The notes below the pieces were generated by a model. It saw nothing but the letters and a program-made list of their open reading frames with translations. It was not told the DNA's origin and searched no databases. DNA of 62,068 bases, counting the filler, from Circinaria calcarea (lineage: Eukaryota), in NCBI GenBank assembly GCA_051942165.1. It is 29 parts of 29 records of this genome, joined end to end, with 100 filler letters (N's around TTAATTAATTAA, not from the genome) between each part and the next. Parts side by side here need not be neighbours in the genome. Positions count along the whole stretch, not along the records: positions 1 to 2,055 come from JAVECS010003924.1; positions 2,156 to 4,208 come from JAVECS010003925.1; positions 4,309 to 6,361 come from JAVECS010003926.1; positions 6,462 to 8,514 come from JAVECS010003927.1; positions 8,615 to 10,664 come from JAVECS010003928.1; positions 10,765 to 12,814 come from JAVECS010003929.1; 23 more parts are not named here. One strand, given 5' to 3'. Below are positions 1 to 12,914 of the stretch, one piece after another. The translations under genes were made by a program, and so were the position numbers. The first letter of the stretch is position 1, and each line of letters begins with the position of its first letter.

Positions 1-2055
1 GATAGAGAAATGGGAAGACAAAGGGCCTGTGGAAAAGGGACGGATAGGGTGAGAGAAGGGGGAAAGGGGAAGTGGAGAGATATGGCGGCACGTCTGTTGG
101 GAGTTTCAGTAGAAGGATGGGAGAGTCTGAGCCGATGCGGGGTGCAGGAGTCAGATAGATTGACCAAGTCCAGAATTCAGAATGCAAAAAAGCCACCATA
201 ACTTAAAGAACCCAAGACCAATTCCCACCCATTTTTCCCCAGGCTATTATAACCATAGACGGTGACCCCTTCCTCCCTCTCGCCAGACAATGCAATGCTC
301 CTAATCCAATATCTAAACCCCCGGGCCCCAGTCTGGCGCGGGCTTTTATAATTTGTTGGAAGGGCATAGGGCTTACCGAGTCATATGTTACCTACGGGTA
401 ATTGCACTCCATACACCCCATAAAAGCATTTCTCATTGGCATAGTTAGTTTAACTCAGTTACACACACTCGATAGCAACTCATGCGTGCCACCATACATG
501 CTGCTCAACAATAGACGCCCTCCCCCGTTCCTTTTTAATTCTAATGTGGTGGAGTTGGTTTTTCAGTATTTGATTTTGGCGCAAGCATAGAGTGGTCTTG
601 GGGAGTCATGTTCAGACAACACACACATGGCAGCATAGCAGTTCAGCTGTACAGCGGCAGTATTGAATTGAGTTGTTATATGACCTGTATTTAGGACCTC
701 GAAACCCGTTCTTGACAGCGTCTTTGCCTATACCTTAGGAGCATAGCGGAGCACCCTATTTCCTCCACACTAAGCATCCCAAAATTATCCCCCTTCTTCC
801 CCCCCCCTCCCTCCTAATAACGGAGATGCTCCTCTGCATGCATTAGAAACTTGACCTGACAGATGCTGCACTGGCTGCCCTGTCGAAAGCCCCGTGGCTG
901 GGGTCTGTACTCGATGCCGGCGGCCTGAACATTTCATGAAAGATATTCGGCAATCTGTACTATCTTACTTTGCTTAAGACTTTTTCTTAGCTCCTTGATA
1001 CCAAACTGAGCATCGACATTCACAGTCCCGGTCTGAGAGGCTAGGGCTTTACAGGAACGATAAGGGTTTATCAACCGTTTTGCCACCTCCCGTGGGTGGA
1101 ATCCAGTCATATGCCGCCCCTTCGTGATTGCAACGTCTTGGGTGGTATGAAAATTCAGCTGCCTGCAACGGATCTGTTAGTCAAAGCCCTAGCACTGAAG
1201 TTTTTGCTGTGTTAAGGCAGCCATGTGCTTTGGAATCCGACTACATACTTCATCAATATCCACTGCCAACATTCCGCGCATGACCCGTATTTCAGGAGCC
1301 TCTCATTCTGCTTCGTCCAACATGCGTATCATCTGAGGCGGTACCTGCGCCTTAATTTCTGGCGGACTTGGACGTAAGCTACATATTATCATCGGGAAAG
1401 GGAATTGTGCCTGTTTGTCCTGTTCATTGCCTGGGAACCCGCCAATGGAAGAAACATAAGGCGCAAAACCCGAATTTGGTACAATAATGCGACTGCATTG
1501 CGAAAATACAGTTAGAAGGGGTAGGTTATATTGTCGAGCCTGGCTTCTTCGGGTGATTGAGCAATGCTGGTAACTGAGAGAATCCAGGCTAGTTGTTGAA
1601 ACGCTGTGTATAGAGGAAACTGCAGGTTTCTAATGGATTACCATCGGAGTGATAGGACTCGCAATCGGTTGAATTCCGTCACCAAAACAATTCAACAACT
1701 TATAATGAAAATTTTAACAATAAAATCAGAACTTATGTGTTCGGAGAAAGGGAGTGGGTAACCGACCGCAAAGACTGTAATACGGTAGAACTATTACCGT
1801 CTGTACGAGCAAAGTATTTAGGTCTCTGCTGTGTTATATGGAGAACACCCTACATTTAAAAAAATACTCACATATAACTAGAGTTCAAAGTTATTTAAAG
1901 AGCTTAGAGATAGGAAAAGTGGATCCTTGCGCTATGATATCACAGTGCCACAATTTTAACTCAATGCTGGCAAGTCGTAGCCTAAGAGCCGGGTGCAGAC
2001 TGAACCTGCCGTATCTTGGGCAAGAAATTTGATCACTAGACGAGCGGCCATGAAT

Positions 2056-2155
2056 NNNNNNNNNNNNNNNNNNNNNNNNNNNNNNNNNNNNNNNNNNNNT
2101 TAATTAATTAANNNNNNNNNNNNNNNNNNNNNNNNNNNNNNNNNNNNNNNNNNNN
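2056..2155. other. Artificial contig linker (N44-TTAATTAATTAA-N44), first of 28 copies
   Basis: An identical 100-nt spacer with stops in all six frames starts at 2056, 4209, 6362, 8515, 10665, 12815, 14963, 17111, 19258, 21403, 23548, 25693, 27838, 29983, 32127, 34271, 36415, 38558, 40699, 42839, 44979, 47118, 49256, 51394, 53531, 55667, 57802 and 59936. The intervening contig lengths never increase (2055 down to 2033). Confidence 0.99.
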
Positions 2156-3880
2156 CGAGCCCTGAGAAAGCCTTTATTGAAGAAAAGCCCTCTATTGATT
2201 ATATACGTGTGTGGGGCTGCAAGTGCTATTTATCTATTAACGCCAAATCCCTTCCTGCAGACGACAGACGAGATAAGTTTATAAATAAAGAAAAAATAAG
2301 AGTTTTTATGGGCTACGTGGATGAAATTGTAAAATATTACTATCTATAGACACCTGTCTTAGGACGAGTAATTATTAGCTATATTATAAAATTCAGCGAA
2401 AATGAGAAAAGGGGGAATATAGAGCTCAAATTAAGGAAGCTAATAACTCCGAATATTCTACCGGACCGAAAACCTATTAGAAGACCACACAAAATATTAA
2501 TACCGACAGCAATATCAGCTAAACTATTTATATTTAAGGCGCTGAAAGAAACCGCTCCGATCGTGCCCGACATTCTTAAAAAGAATAATTAATATACCCC
2601 CGGAAACTCGGAATAGAAGATATAAAACAGTATGGAAATAGAATTCGCAAATCTAGACCTGGAAGTTCTAATTACGTTAGTTACTGAAGATCTGAAGATA
2701 AAAGGAATAATTAGGCGCTTCCTGCGTGTCGAAGTTTTAAAACGCCGTAAAATAGAATTTATTCTAAATACATCAATTCCGGAATCAGCGCCAGCGGAGA
2801 TAGAGGCTCGAGACCCAGATATAAAAACAGTGACTATAATCACGAAGGACTTTCCTTCCAGCATGCCACCTCCTACCGCTGATATCCTATTTAAATATTA
2901 AAGGGAAGACGATTACGACCCTGCTAAGGATCAATACATTTTTAAGAAGCTCTGTGCCATGCTCATATTAATAATAAAAGAAGAAGAAATTGATTGTAAT
3001 CGATCTAAAGGCGTTGAAATCCATACCCCCACTAGCTATACGGAAGTAGTGGGAGATCTTATTTAGAGGGAACTGTGGAAAGAAGCAGTAGAAGCTGAAC
3101 TTATTGTATTAATATCGAACGGAATATGAAAGAAAGTCGTACCACCGAAAGGCGCCAATATCGTCACGAGTAAATAGGTGTTTAAGCCTAAATTATAAAC
3201 CGATAGTAAGCTCGATAAATTAAAGGTAAAAATTGTGATAAAAGGCTTCTTATAAATGCACAGAATCGATTATGAGGATATATTTGCCCCGACCGTTAAG
3301 TACGACACTTTACGCACTTTTCTTGTTATCGTGGTTATAGAGGACCTGGAATACTATTAATTAAATGTAAATAACGCCTTCACCGAGTCGTTCCTGAAAG
3401 AAGAGATTTATATAATAACGCCACCTGGCGTGAGAATCGCACCGGGTAGAGTTCTACGGATTCTATATAGTTTATATAGCCTGAAACAGGCGGCCAGGGA
3501 CTAGAACGAGCGCTGCGTCGTAAAATTTATTAAGCTCGGATTCATTCAAAATCTTACAGACCCGTGCCTATTCACCTATGCTGAAAAAGGCGTAATATTA
3601 TTATTATATATTAACGATATTCCATGCGCAGCCCGGACAATGGAGGGGATATAATAATTTAAGAAAGCGTTCGCAAAGGTATTCAAAATCAAGGACCTAG
3701 GGGAGATCAAGAAGATTTTTAATATTTAAATCACCCGCGACCGTAAGAAAAAAATACTACGCCTGGATTAATTTTATTACCTCAGCGAATTATTTATTAA
3801 ACTCGGTATAAAAACTGATAAGCATAAGCCCACTGAGATCCTATTAAATAAATACGACGCCCTTTGTTTTATAAAACCTG
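2156..3880 (+). mobile_element. RIP-degenerated Ty1/copia retrotransposon (integrase end to reverse transcriptase)
   Basis: The + strand translates to copia motifs broken by stops: VWGCKCY, KLKVKIVIKGF..IDYEDIFAPTV (ARLVARGF..GIDY..TFAP), LNVNNAF, LKQAARD*, DPCLF and LLLYINDI (YVDD). The sequence is AT-rich with C>T/G>A-type changes. Confidence 0.92.
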
Positions 3881-4208
3881 TGTAATAGCGTAACCTATAA
3901 GACTATATCAAAAGGTCTAGGTAAATACGCGGATAGGCGTATTAATAATACTAAACGTATTAAACGTGCTGGACGTGCTGGACATCGTTACGTCCATGGC
4001 GTCCACGACGTCCACGGCGTCCACCCCCTTTAAAACGTTTTATATAATATTAAAAAAATTTATATAATTTTAATTCTTTTTATAATATTTAATTTATATA
4101 ATCAAGATTTTATAAATATAATAATATATTTCTATTATTATTTATTTATTTATTAAAATAATTAATATAGAATTTTCGTGTATATTTATAAAGTTTTTAT
4201 TTTATATT
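3881..4208 (+). mobile_element. LTR (TGTAATGGCG family) inserted into the copia relic, RIP-mutated and truncated by the contig end
   Basis: Starts TGTAATAGCG. Carries GGACGTGCT/CGTCCACGA 9-mer arrays that align with the LTR at 51494-51711. Confidence 0.85.
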
Positions 4209-5172
4209 NNNNNNNNNNNNNNNNNNNNNNNNNNNNNNNNNNNNNNNNNNNNTTAATTAATTAANNNNNNNNNNNNNNNNNNNNNNNNNNNNNNNNNNNN
4301 NNNNNNNNTTCTTGGAGTGTGGTGGAGGTCATGATGACTTCTGTGCCTGTTATCGTTGGAAAGTCTAGTTATGTGGAGGTTGTAGGTAAAGTCAATTGGT
4401 GTCAAAGCACCTGATATCCTGATCCTGTACGTGAAGACCTTAAGTGACACGTCCGGGAGTTTGTATATAAGTACATCCAGTGCGGGAATATGTCCATCCC
4501 GATTGTCCGATGGCTTGCAGGTCTGCCACGCCATGTGAGCACAAGGTCTGGAAGGTTTAGCTATTGGTAGAATGCAACCAATGAGGAGAGACATGAGTGC
4601 GGCCGGGTCGGGGGCATTGCCTCTTTCATCCAGCTTAGCCGTACGCATGGGGCTTAGACCGTGACCTGTGGATGAAAAGGGAAGAAGCACTAGGATTGTT
4701 GCAGAAGAGCGCCCGAAGAGGGTGATGGTGCTTGTGTGCTGTAGTGCGTGACATAAACAAACAGATACTAGTAAGAATTGAAATACCCCAATCCTACCTG
4801 CTCATTGGTGTCTGGGTGACAAACCTGAAACGAGATGGATGAAGCAGTCATCCAAAACTAGATTAGAGTCAAATAAGCGTGAGCCACGTTGTTCGATCAG
4901 ATAACAGTTCATTGATAGCAGGGTTGAGGGCCTTGCTATGGCACGTGTGGTAGATGAGCTTTACGGAGAACTGGTAGGCTAAAGGAGGCGAGGAAAATCA
5001 TCCGTGCACAGTCTAGCGCATTCAGGAATAGCGAGCTCGCTAGGGCTTTGTGCCAAATTGAGATGATATCATCATCAACGCAGCGTAAACGTAACGCAAC
5101 CATCCTCCTACACAAATCCCACCGTTTCGAATCCCCAACATAGCGGACATAGAGTTAGTTTTCGAGACAATC

Positions 5173-6361
5173 ATGTCGCTACCATCGATCAAGTCGGTCG
5201 TGGACTGTACGGACTTTACTAAGACCGTCTCACCATACATACCACAACTCTATGAATTGCCGCATCGAGTACTCGAAAACATCACTAGCCTACAAGGTCT
5301 CAAAGAGGTCTATCTTTCGACGAATCCCTTGATCTCGGCCTTTGCAATCTCGCTCTTCCTAGGTCCGGTATTCCTCGTGGCTGCGGAAGTCAACCGGAAC
5401 TACTCCCAAGTCGATCGATTCTGGAGCTTGTTGCCCACATTCTACAATGCTCATTTTGTCCTATACGCCCATGCCATAGGCCTCCCCACTGGAAGACTTG
5501 ATGCTCTCCTAGCCTTTAGTATGATATGGAGCGTGAGTACTATAATCTCGTGTAGCGGGAACCCCAGCTGATGCTGTTTAGGTACGTTTAACTTATAATT
5601 ATTGGCGTAAAGGGGGATATAACATCGGCTCGGAGGACTACCGGTGGGCAATACTAAAGAAACATATCGGCGAGCCGTTATTTTTTATATTCGATTTAGT
5701 GTTCATCTCCTTTACGCAAAGTGTATGTAAAGCTCGTTTTTCCCGAGACTTGCGACTAACATATCATGTTCCCTAGGTGCTTCTCCTCTCAGTCGCGTTT
5801 CCAACATACGTTCTCTTGCTTGCCTCCAAAGCAACAGGCGAAGGTCTCTCGACGGTGGATCTCGTCTTCTCCCAGGCACTAGTAGGATTGGTCATGATAG
5901 CCGCAATTGCCGACCAACAACAATGGAGTGAGCCTCCCTGCATAAATACCCCAAGTATATAATCTCCTAACACCTCTTCCTCCCAGACTACCAATCTGTC
6001 AAGAAAACCTATCAGAAAACCGGCCGGGTACCTCCCAACTACCAGCGCGCCGACTTGGAACGCGGCTTCAATACCTCCGGTCTCTGGGCCTACAGTCGTC
6101 ACCCCAACTTCGCCGCCGAGCAGTCCATTTGGGTCTGCCTCTACCTCTGGTCATGCTACGCCACGCACACCTACTACCATTGGGCCGGTGTCGGGGCGCT
6201 GGCGTATCTGACCCTGTTTCAAGGGAGCACGTGGCTCACGGAATTGCTTTCTAGCCAGAAGTATCCGGAGTACAAGCAGTACCAGAAGAGGGTGGGGATG
6301 TTTGTGCCCGGGTTGGGCTTGGGCTTGCCGGGGGATGTGGGAGAAAAGGTGGGGGGAAAGG
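5173..6361 (+). CDS. DUF1295 / steroid 5-alpha-reductase-like membrane protein, 3' partial, 3 introns
   Basis: Motifs NYSQVDRFWS, RLTYNYWRKGGY..GSEDYRW, ADQQQW, GLWAYSRHPNF and YPEYKQYQKRV. Introns at about 5533-5581, 5723-5776 and 5927-5986. Confidence 0.9.
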
Positions 6362-6475
6362 NNNNNNNNNNNNNNNNNNNNNNNNNNNNNNNNNNNNNNN
6401 NNNNNTTAATTAATTAANNNNNNNNNNNNNNNNNNNNNNNNNNNNNNNNNNNNNNNNNNNNAAGGGGCCGCAAAG

Positions 6476-8514
6476 ATGCGTGGACGGACTCTAGACGATG
6501 TTGTCATTGTTGGCGGCGGAGCGTCTGGTGTTGCCGTCACCGTTCAATTGATTGAACGGATCAAACGGGGGAAGAAAGTGAAGTCAATCACCATGATCGA
6601 AAAGAGCAACCTGGTCGGTCCCGGCTTTGCATATTCTGATGCTTGCGTCGGTACCATCCTCAACATGCAAGCCGACACCATGGGCTTTCACACCGACAAC
6701 CCCCGGCACTTTTTCCAGTGGATGAAGACTCGGTTTCCCGACCTGCAGGAGACCAATTACCCGCCGCGAAGACAGTATGGGGAGTACCTTGGTTGGCTGA
6801 TGAAAACCGCGGCCCAAGAAGCTGAACAACTCGGGGTGGTCTTGCGAGTCCGCAATGCTGAGGTCTTGGACATCTGTCATATTACTTCGGGCGGCGTAGA
6901 GGTGTCCTTGGCCGATGGGACCAAGCTACAAGCGCACAACGTCGTACTGGCCATTGGCAACTTTCCTGCTCAAACCCATCCGCATTTGGCCGGTACGCCT
7001 GGTTACTTCGAGTCTCCCTGGCCTGTTGTGCGCCTAAAGGTCATACCGGCTGAGGCTTCGGTTTCCATTTTTGGCTCGCGTCTGAGTGCCGTTGATGCAG
7101 CCCTTGCCTTGGCCCAGAATGGACACCGCGGCCCTATCATCATGGTCTCACGAAGTGGCCGGTTGCCGAAGGTGCAAGGTGCAAATCCAATCTATCCTCG
7201 TCGTTACATGCTTCATTCTCTCACCCGGGACGTCGAGCAGTCTCCCCAGAATGCATTCGCCAAGATCATGTTAGGTCTTCAGGGAGAGATTGAAAGAACC
7301 ACGTCGGTGGACTGGACCAAGATAGGCCATCGCGCAGACGCCTTGACCGAACTTCGTTCTGATATCAACAATGCTAAGAATGGGAAGGTGCCCTGGCTGG
7401 CAGTCCTCAAAGTCACGGAATCCCTTTTCGAGCGTTATTGGAGATGCTTCTCGACCGAGGAAAGGATAGCTTTCATCAAGACTTACGGCAGTCTCTGGGC
7501 CATTTACAGACACGCAATCCCCCAGGAAAATGCTTGCAGAGTACTGGCTTTGATGGAGAAGGGTCAGCTCCGGGTGATCCAAGGTGACAAGGCCCGTTGG
7601 AACGGTACAGCGTTTACCATCTCTGGAGGAGAGACGGAGATACAGTCGCAGTTTATGATCGAGGCTATCGGCCAACAGTTCAATCCCAACCGCGTGAATT
7701 CCCCACTTTTGAAACGGCTTATCTCGACCGGGTTTCTGGAGCCGCATCCTTTTGGTGGCTTCCATGTGGATTTTTCGACCTTGAAGGCGAAGAACAACGT
7801 CTACGTTCTGGGTGCAATGACAAAGGGTGTACATTTCCATACCACCTCCATTGATCGCAACGTCGCCCATGCAGTACGCGTAGCCGATGGTCTGGTCGGC
7901 GAACCTGTTGTCCGTCCACTGCACGTCGCTTTGTTCGGGGGTACCGATGTACCCTCTCATCTCATCCTCAGCAAGGTTGTGCCTCTCCTTCTCAAGCAAG
8001 GACACATTCCTTTTGTGTTTCTACCCGTGGAAAAGACCAGGAGAAATTCAAGCGATTTCCATATCCGTGAGCTGTATTTCCAGAGGACACAGCTTTCACA
8101 TCAACAGCTCACGCCATTCCTCGGATCCTCAAGCCTTCGAGGAGCCACCGCCCTGAAAATAGAGCAGCTGGGGTCTCATTATGGAATCCTTGTTTCCAGT
8201 GTCCCAAATGTCAACGACCAGTCCTTCATCAAACTCCTCGAAAGCCACCACATCGATGCTGGAATATCGTTTTGCAGTTCAGCTTCGTTCCAGAAACCTG
8301 TCATGCAATACTTCTCCTCCCCGCGGGTCCTTCTCAATCTCCACCCTAGCGTCTTACCCTTATCGAGCGGCACTACGGCCACCTTTGGCGCCTTGGAAAA
8401 CAAGAAGCCCGAGTACGTCTACACTATGCACTTGATAGCAGAAGATGCCAAGTCCCGTTCCGTATTAGACAACGTCCGCACCTCTCCGACCGGCTACCAG
8501 AAATCCGCCCTTAC
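6476..8514 (+). CDS. FAD/NAD(P)-binding oxidoreductase fused to a C-terminal formyltransferase-like domain, intronless, 3' partial
   Basis: N-terminal VIVGGGASG Rossmann motif, GPGFAYS, VVLAIGN and second dinucleotide motif IFGSRLSAVDA. The C-terminal domain from ~7916 has VPNVND..FIKLLE and LLNLHPSVLP (formyltransferase NxHPxxLP). Confidence 0.85.
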
Positions 8515-8796
8515 NNNNNNNNNNNNNNNNNNNNNNNNNNNNNNNNNNNNNNNNNNNNTTAATTAATTAANNNNNNNNNNNNNNNNNNNNNNNNNNNNNN
8601 NNNNNNNNNNNNNNGTAACAATTCTTGTAATATAAGGATAAGAAACCTCAAATGAGACTTACTATACAGAATAAAGTTTATAACCTCGTTCTGGGGAGAT
8701 TCGTCATGATCTTGGTAGTGTGCCTATAAGCCATAGAAAAAGGGATTAGCTAAAACGGACAGGTGAGGATAAAAGGTAACAACTTACAGGATGCGT

Positions 8797-9141
8797 TCAG
8801 GCAAATATGTAAATAACGCCCCATCCGAGTGCATACATGCCGGAAAATAGCGCAAAGGAACACGCCATGAACCGATCCACTTGTGATTTCGTCCAACCCG
8901 GTATGGTTGGCCAATTTATGGCTAGGAGGAGAGCGCAGAGGATGCAGATGGTGGTCCATGAATAAACGAATAACCATAAAAGAGTGTGACACATATCAAT
9001 CTTGTAGAGAATAAGTACCGACAGTATACCAGATTGTAAAGATAGTAAACCAGTGATCGAGATGGCTAGGTTGATAGAATTCAGAGTAGATCGTTGAGGA
9101 AACTCTAAAAGATACAATGGCGAGCTTTTAATGTATTCCAT
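8797..9141 (-). CDS. Possible small hydrophobic membrane protein (114 aa)
   Basis: ATG-started ORF with about three hydrophobic segments and a TATATA-like element upstream. No recognised family. Confidence 0.3.
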   Translation of the reverse strand: MEYIKSSPLYLLEFPQRSTLNSINLAISITGLLSLQSGILSVLILYKIDMCHTLLWLFVYSWTTICILCALLLAINWPTIPGWTKSQVDRFMACSFALFSGMYALGWGVIYIFA

Positions 9142-9304
9142 GGCTTGATTTCAGTTGAGGTTATCGTAAAAAGTACTTCTGGAGGATAATAGAAGAGGAA
9201 GGTATGGGGATAGGAGGAGTGAATATATGAAGGTGCGGCTCGCGGTCCGTGCTTGCATACCTCCCCGGCCAGTTCAAAGCAAAATCTTTACGCAATGCAA
9301 TAAC

Positions 9305-9948
9305 TCATGATTTTCCCTTCGGTGGGAAGCTCGAGCTGTGCTTGGACCCGTCTTTCAAAAGCCGCACATATTTAAGTGTATTCAACGAAGTCCATTCCCC
9401 ACCCCAGTCACGCAGCAGCTCCACGTTATGTGTGTCTGTCATATCTGGTATCCAGAAACCCGCCTCGTACTCCCGCTCTTCGGTGGCAATCCGTTGTTTC
9501 AGGAGATCTTCCCTATTACTTGAGGGTCGACCGGGTCTTCGCTCATCATTGAGCTGGGCAAGCTCCTCTTCATCTCGCTGAACATAACTGATGACTTTTA
9601 GTATCGGGCAAGAGCGTAGAGCTAAGAAAGTTTCAAAGACCTTTGTATGAGTCTCTGGGTCTGATCATCGTCTATTGGGCCTTTGACGGCTTTTGCGGCT
9701 CCTTGGAAGTAGGCTACCCTTTGCACTTGACAGGTCAGCAGACGAACCTAGCGATTGCAGAAACCTAAGGGTAACTTACTGTGCGGCTGGTTGGCTTTGA
9801 TCCTCGCTGCTGCTACCTTAGAAAGCTTGTCATCTCGGGCAGAAGCACGTCGTAGTCTTTGAGAGTCCCTGCTATTCTCATGTAGACTTGTCAGGCTACC
9901 CTTCTTCTTGGAAATCTTTTTGTGCACTTTAGCTAAGCTCTTCGGCAT
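9305..9948 (-). CDS. TMA16: Translation machinery-associated protein 16 (2 introns)
   Basis: MPKSLAKVHKKISKKKG..LHENSRDSQRLRRA..RDDKL, then ERRPGRPSSNREDLL..EYEAGFWIPD..WGGEWTSLNTLKYVR..FPPKGKS*. Confidence 0.9.
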
Positions 9949-10764
9949 CTTGAGAGACAGTATGTCAACCCGCGGTGAATTGTGTCAAGAATACTCGTAA
10001 TCGGCTCCTCGTAATCGGCTCCATGCAACAAATTCCAACGGCGATACGGAGTAGTGAAATCAATTCTTCGTACCGATGTTCCCCCGTGCCAAGGGAAAGC
10101 TGACAGGAGTATTCCGCTAGTGACTTTTTGTTCGCGTTACAGGGACGCGCTACGAACTATGTGTTGTACTTCCCACTATCAATCAATGTTGAACCGACGA
10201 GGAGGCCTCACCTTCAATAGTGTTCCGCTTATAACAATTGCTGCTGGTACTCAGATTGATTAACATGTCTGGCGTGCAGTCTGTTCTCTCGTCAGATTAT
10301 CTCCTCGTTACTGTGTATGGTCTATCTCTGTGTCCCCGCCAAAGTAAACAATCCCCATGACAGGCACTGCTTGATACATATAGCTGTGGCTACGTCTCGA
10401 AATGGGTATCTCTGGTAAGTTTGATCTCTGAGCCTTCTAGAAAATACTGAACAATCCCAAGGCTTGCTTCCCTTGCTTAAATCCATTCATAAGCCATGCA
10501 ACCTAAAGAGTCTCGCTGGTCAAACAATTGGAGTCGATGCATATGGCTGGCTACACAGGGGCACAGTCGCTTGTGCGATTGATCTCGCCTTGGATAAGCC
10601 AACCACCAAGTAATTTGAATATAACAGTGGTGCACTCCTTGGCAAAGCTTATGTTTATAGATTTNNNNNNNNNNNNNNNNNNNNNNNNNNNNNNNNNNNN
10701 NNNNNNNNTTAATTAATTAANNNNNNNNNNNNNNNNNNNNNNNNNNNNNNNNNNNNNNNNNNNN

Positions 10765-12814
10765 TCCCCACTCCATTCACCCCCTTTCCCTCCCCCAGAT
10801 CCTCCTTCCTCTCCGGCCTTCGCGCCTTCATCCCCTTCAACTTCCCGTCCATCTTCTTAAACGGACTCTCCGTCTCCCCGGCCCGGACCATCCACTTGGT
10901 CGTCCCCAGCCGGGCATCCAGCTCCTCCACCGGCGGCAACTTGACGTAGATCCAGCCGTCGTCGCGCTCCTCGGCCGGGAACGTCGCGATGTTGACTTCC
11001 GGGTCGGTGGCGCAGGAACCGGCCGAGGGCCCGTTGAGCGTGTAGTTGCGTTTGTGGTTCGGGCACGAGACCCAGAGTCGGTCGGCTTGGAGGTCGTCGC
11101 CGATGAGGCCGTCGCTGAGCACAAAGGCCCGTTTGTGCGGGCACATCTGTTGCGTGCAGTAGTATTTGCCCCGGATGCGGAAGAGGGCGAGTTGGGTATC
11201 GCCGCGCTTCAGGCTGGTCGACGACCCGGTCGGGCCTTCGGGGGTGAGGTGGGAAGCTTCCAGCATGGGTTGCCATGTCAGTTCGGTCCATTTGGTGCCT
11301 CGAAAGTCTTCCTTGACGGATTCGGTGGTCCAGTAGGTGGGCCGTTGCTGGCCCCGCTCGGAAACAATCTCCATGCTGGGAAGGGTTTCGGTGGTGTTGG
11401 CAAACTGCTGGAATTTCTCCCGGAGGGTGGGGTTGTTGATGACGGCGGTCCACTCGCAGAAGAATGAGTTGACGAGATCATTCATTTGTTGCTCCAAAGA
11501 GGCACAGATACCAAGTTTATCTTCCAGGATTACTTCGCGCAGGTATTTGATCCCCCCTGGAAGGTTCTCAATCCACCGCGCCGTACGTTGCAACTTATCC
11601 GCCGTGCGCATATAAAACATAAGGTAGCGGTCGAGGATGGGGACGACATCGTCAGGGGGTACGTCTTTGGCAAGGAGCTCGGAATGACGAGGCTTGCTCC
11701 CTCCATTGCCGCCCACGAATAGATTAAACCCCTTGTCGGTGGCGATAAGCCCAAAGTCTTTATTCTGCGCCTCCGCGCACTCACGGATGCAACCCGAGAC
11801 ACCGCCCTTTATTTTATGGGGTGCGCGAATGGATTTGTACCGGTCCTCCAGGCGAATGGCCATGCCTACGCTATCACCCACACCAAAACGACACCAGGTA
11901 GTTCCCACGCAGGATTTGACGGTCCGGAGGGATTTTGCATAAGCGTAACCAGACTCCATACCCGCTGCAACGAGCTCGCTCCAGATGTCGACCAAGTCAT
12001 TTTTCTTGGCACCGAACATGTCGATACGTTGGCCACCGGTGATCTTGCAATAAAGGCCGTATTTCTTGGCAACGGTACCGATCACTATGAGTTTCTCAGG
12101 GGTAATCTCACCACCGGCAACACGAGGAATCACTGAAAAGGTCCCGTTACGCTGGATGTTGCCGAGGAATTTGTCATTGGTTTCTTGAAGTCCATGAACC
12201 GGCCTCTCCATAATGTGTTGATTATAAAGAGTCGAGAAAATCGAACCGATGGTCGGCTTGCATGCTTCGCAACCCAAGGACTTGGGGTCTTTCCCGCACT
12301 CCTTCATGACCTCGGGAAAGTTTTTCAACTTCTTCACGTAGATGATGTTGTATATGTCTGCGCGTGAATAGGCAAAGTGCGGACATAGGTGGTTGAGAAC
12401 TTCACTCCCCATTGCCTTCATCTCCGTATTGAAAATGCTTTGGACAAGGGGCATGCATCCACCGCATCCTGTTCCGGCCTTGGTGCAGGACTTAACATCT
12501 CCAATGCTCTTACACGACCCATCCTTGACGACCTTCGCCACATCGCCTTTGGTGACGTTGTGACATGAGCAGATTTGGGTATCATCGGTCAAATCATCTC
12601 CGTTGTCTTCCCTTTCCTTACTTGCCCCTAGGATGAACTGACTCGGTGGGACCTCTAGCATTGTCTGATTCTTCACCATCGGGACTAGCTTGATGTAATC
12701 TCTGGTGTCTCCAATCATCATCCCTCCGAGAAGATACTTCCCATCAAGCGTAAATAAATATTTCTTGTAGACGGATTGAAAGGGATCCTTGTATGTTAAT
12801 GCTTTTACCGGAGG
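10765..12814 (-). CDS. niiA: NAD(P)H nitrite reductase, both ends partial
   Basis: BFD-like ICSCHNV..AGTGCGGC, siroheme/4Fe-4S motifs KSCVGTTWCRFG and GVSGCIRECAE, and a Rieske domain CPHKRAF..SCPNHKRN. Confidence 0.97.
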
Positions 12815-12914
12815 NNNNNNNNNNNNNNNNNNNNNNNNNNNNNNNNNNNNNNNNNNNNTTAATTAATTAANNNNNNNNNNNNNNNNNNNNNNNNNNNNNN
12901 NNNNNNNNNNNNNN

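Noticed and set aside
930..1330. Minus-strand canonical-looking intron (1163-1248) and a PTGGGKT Walker-A-like peptide
   Set aside because: Every frame is closed by nearby stops and no further helicase motifs follow. It could be a decayed gene but cannot be supported.
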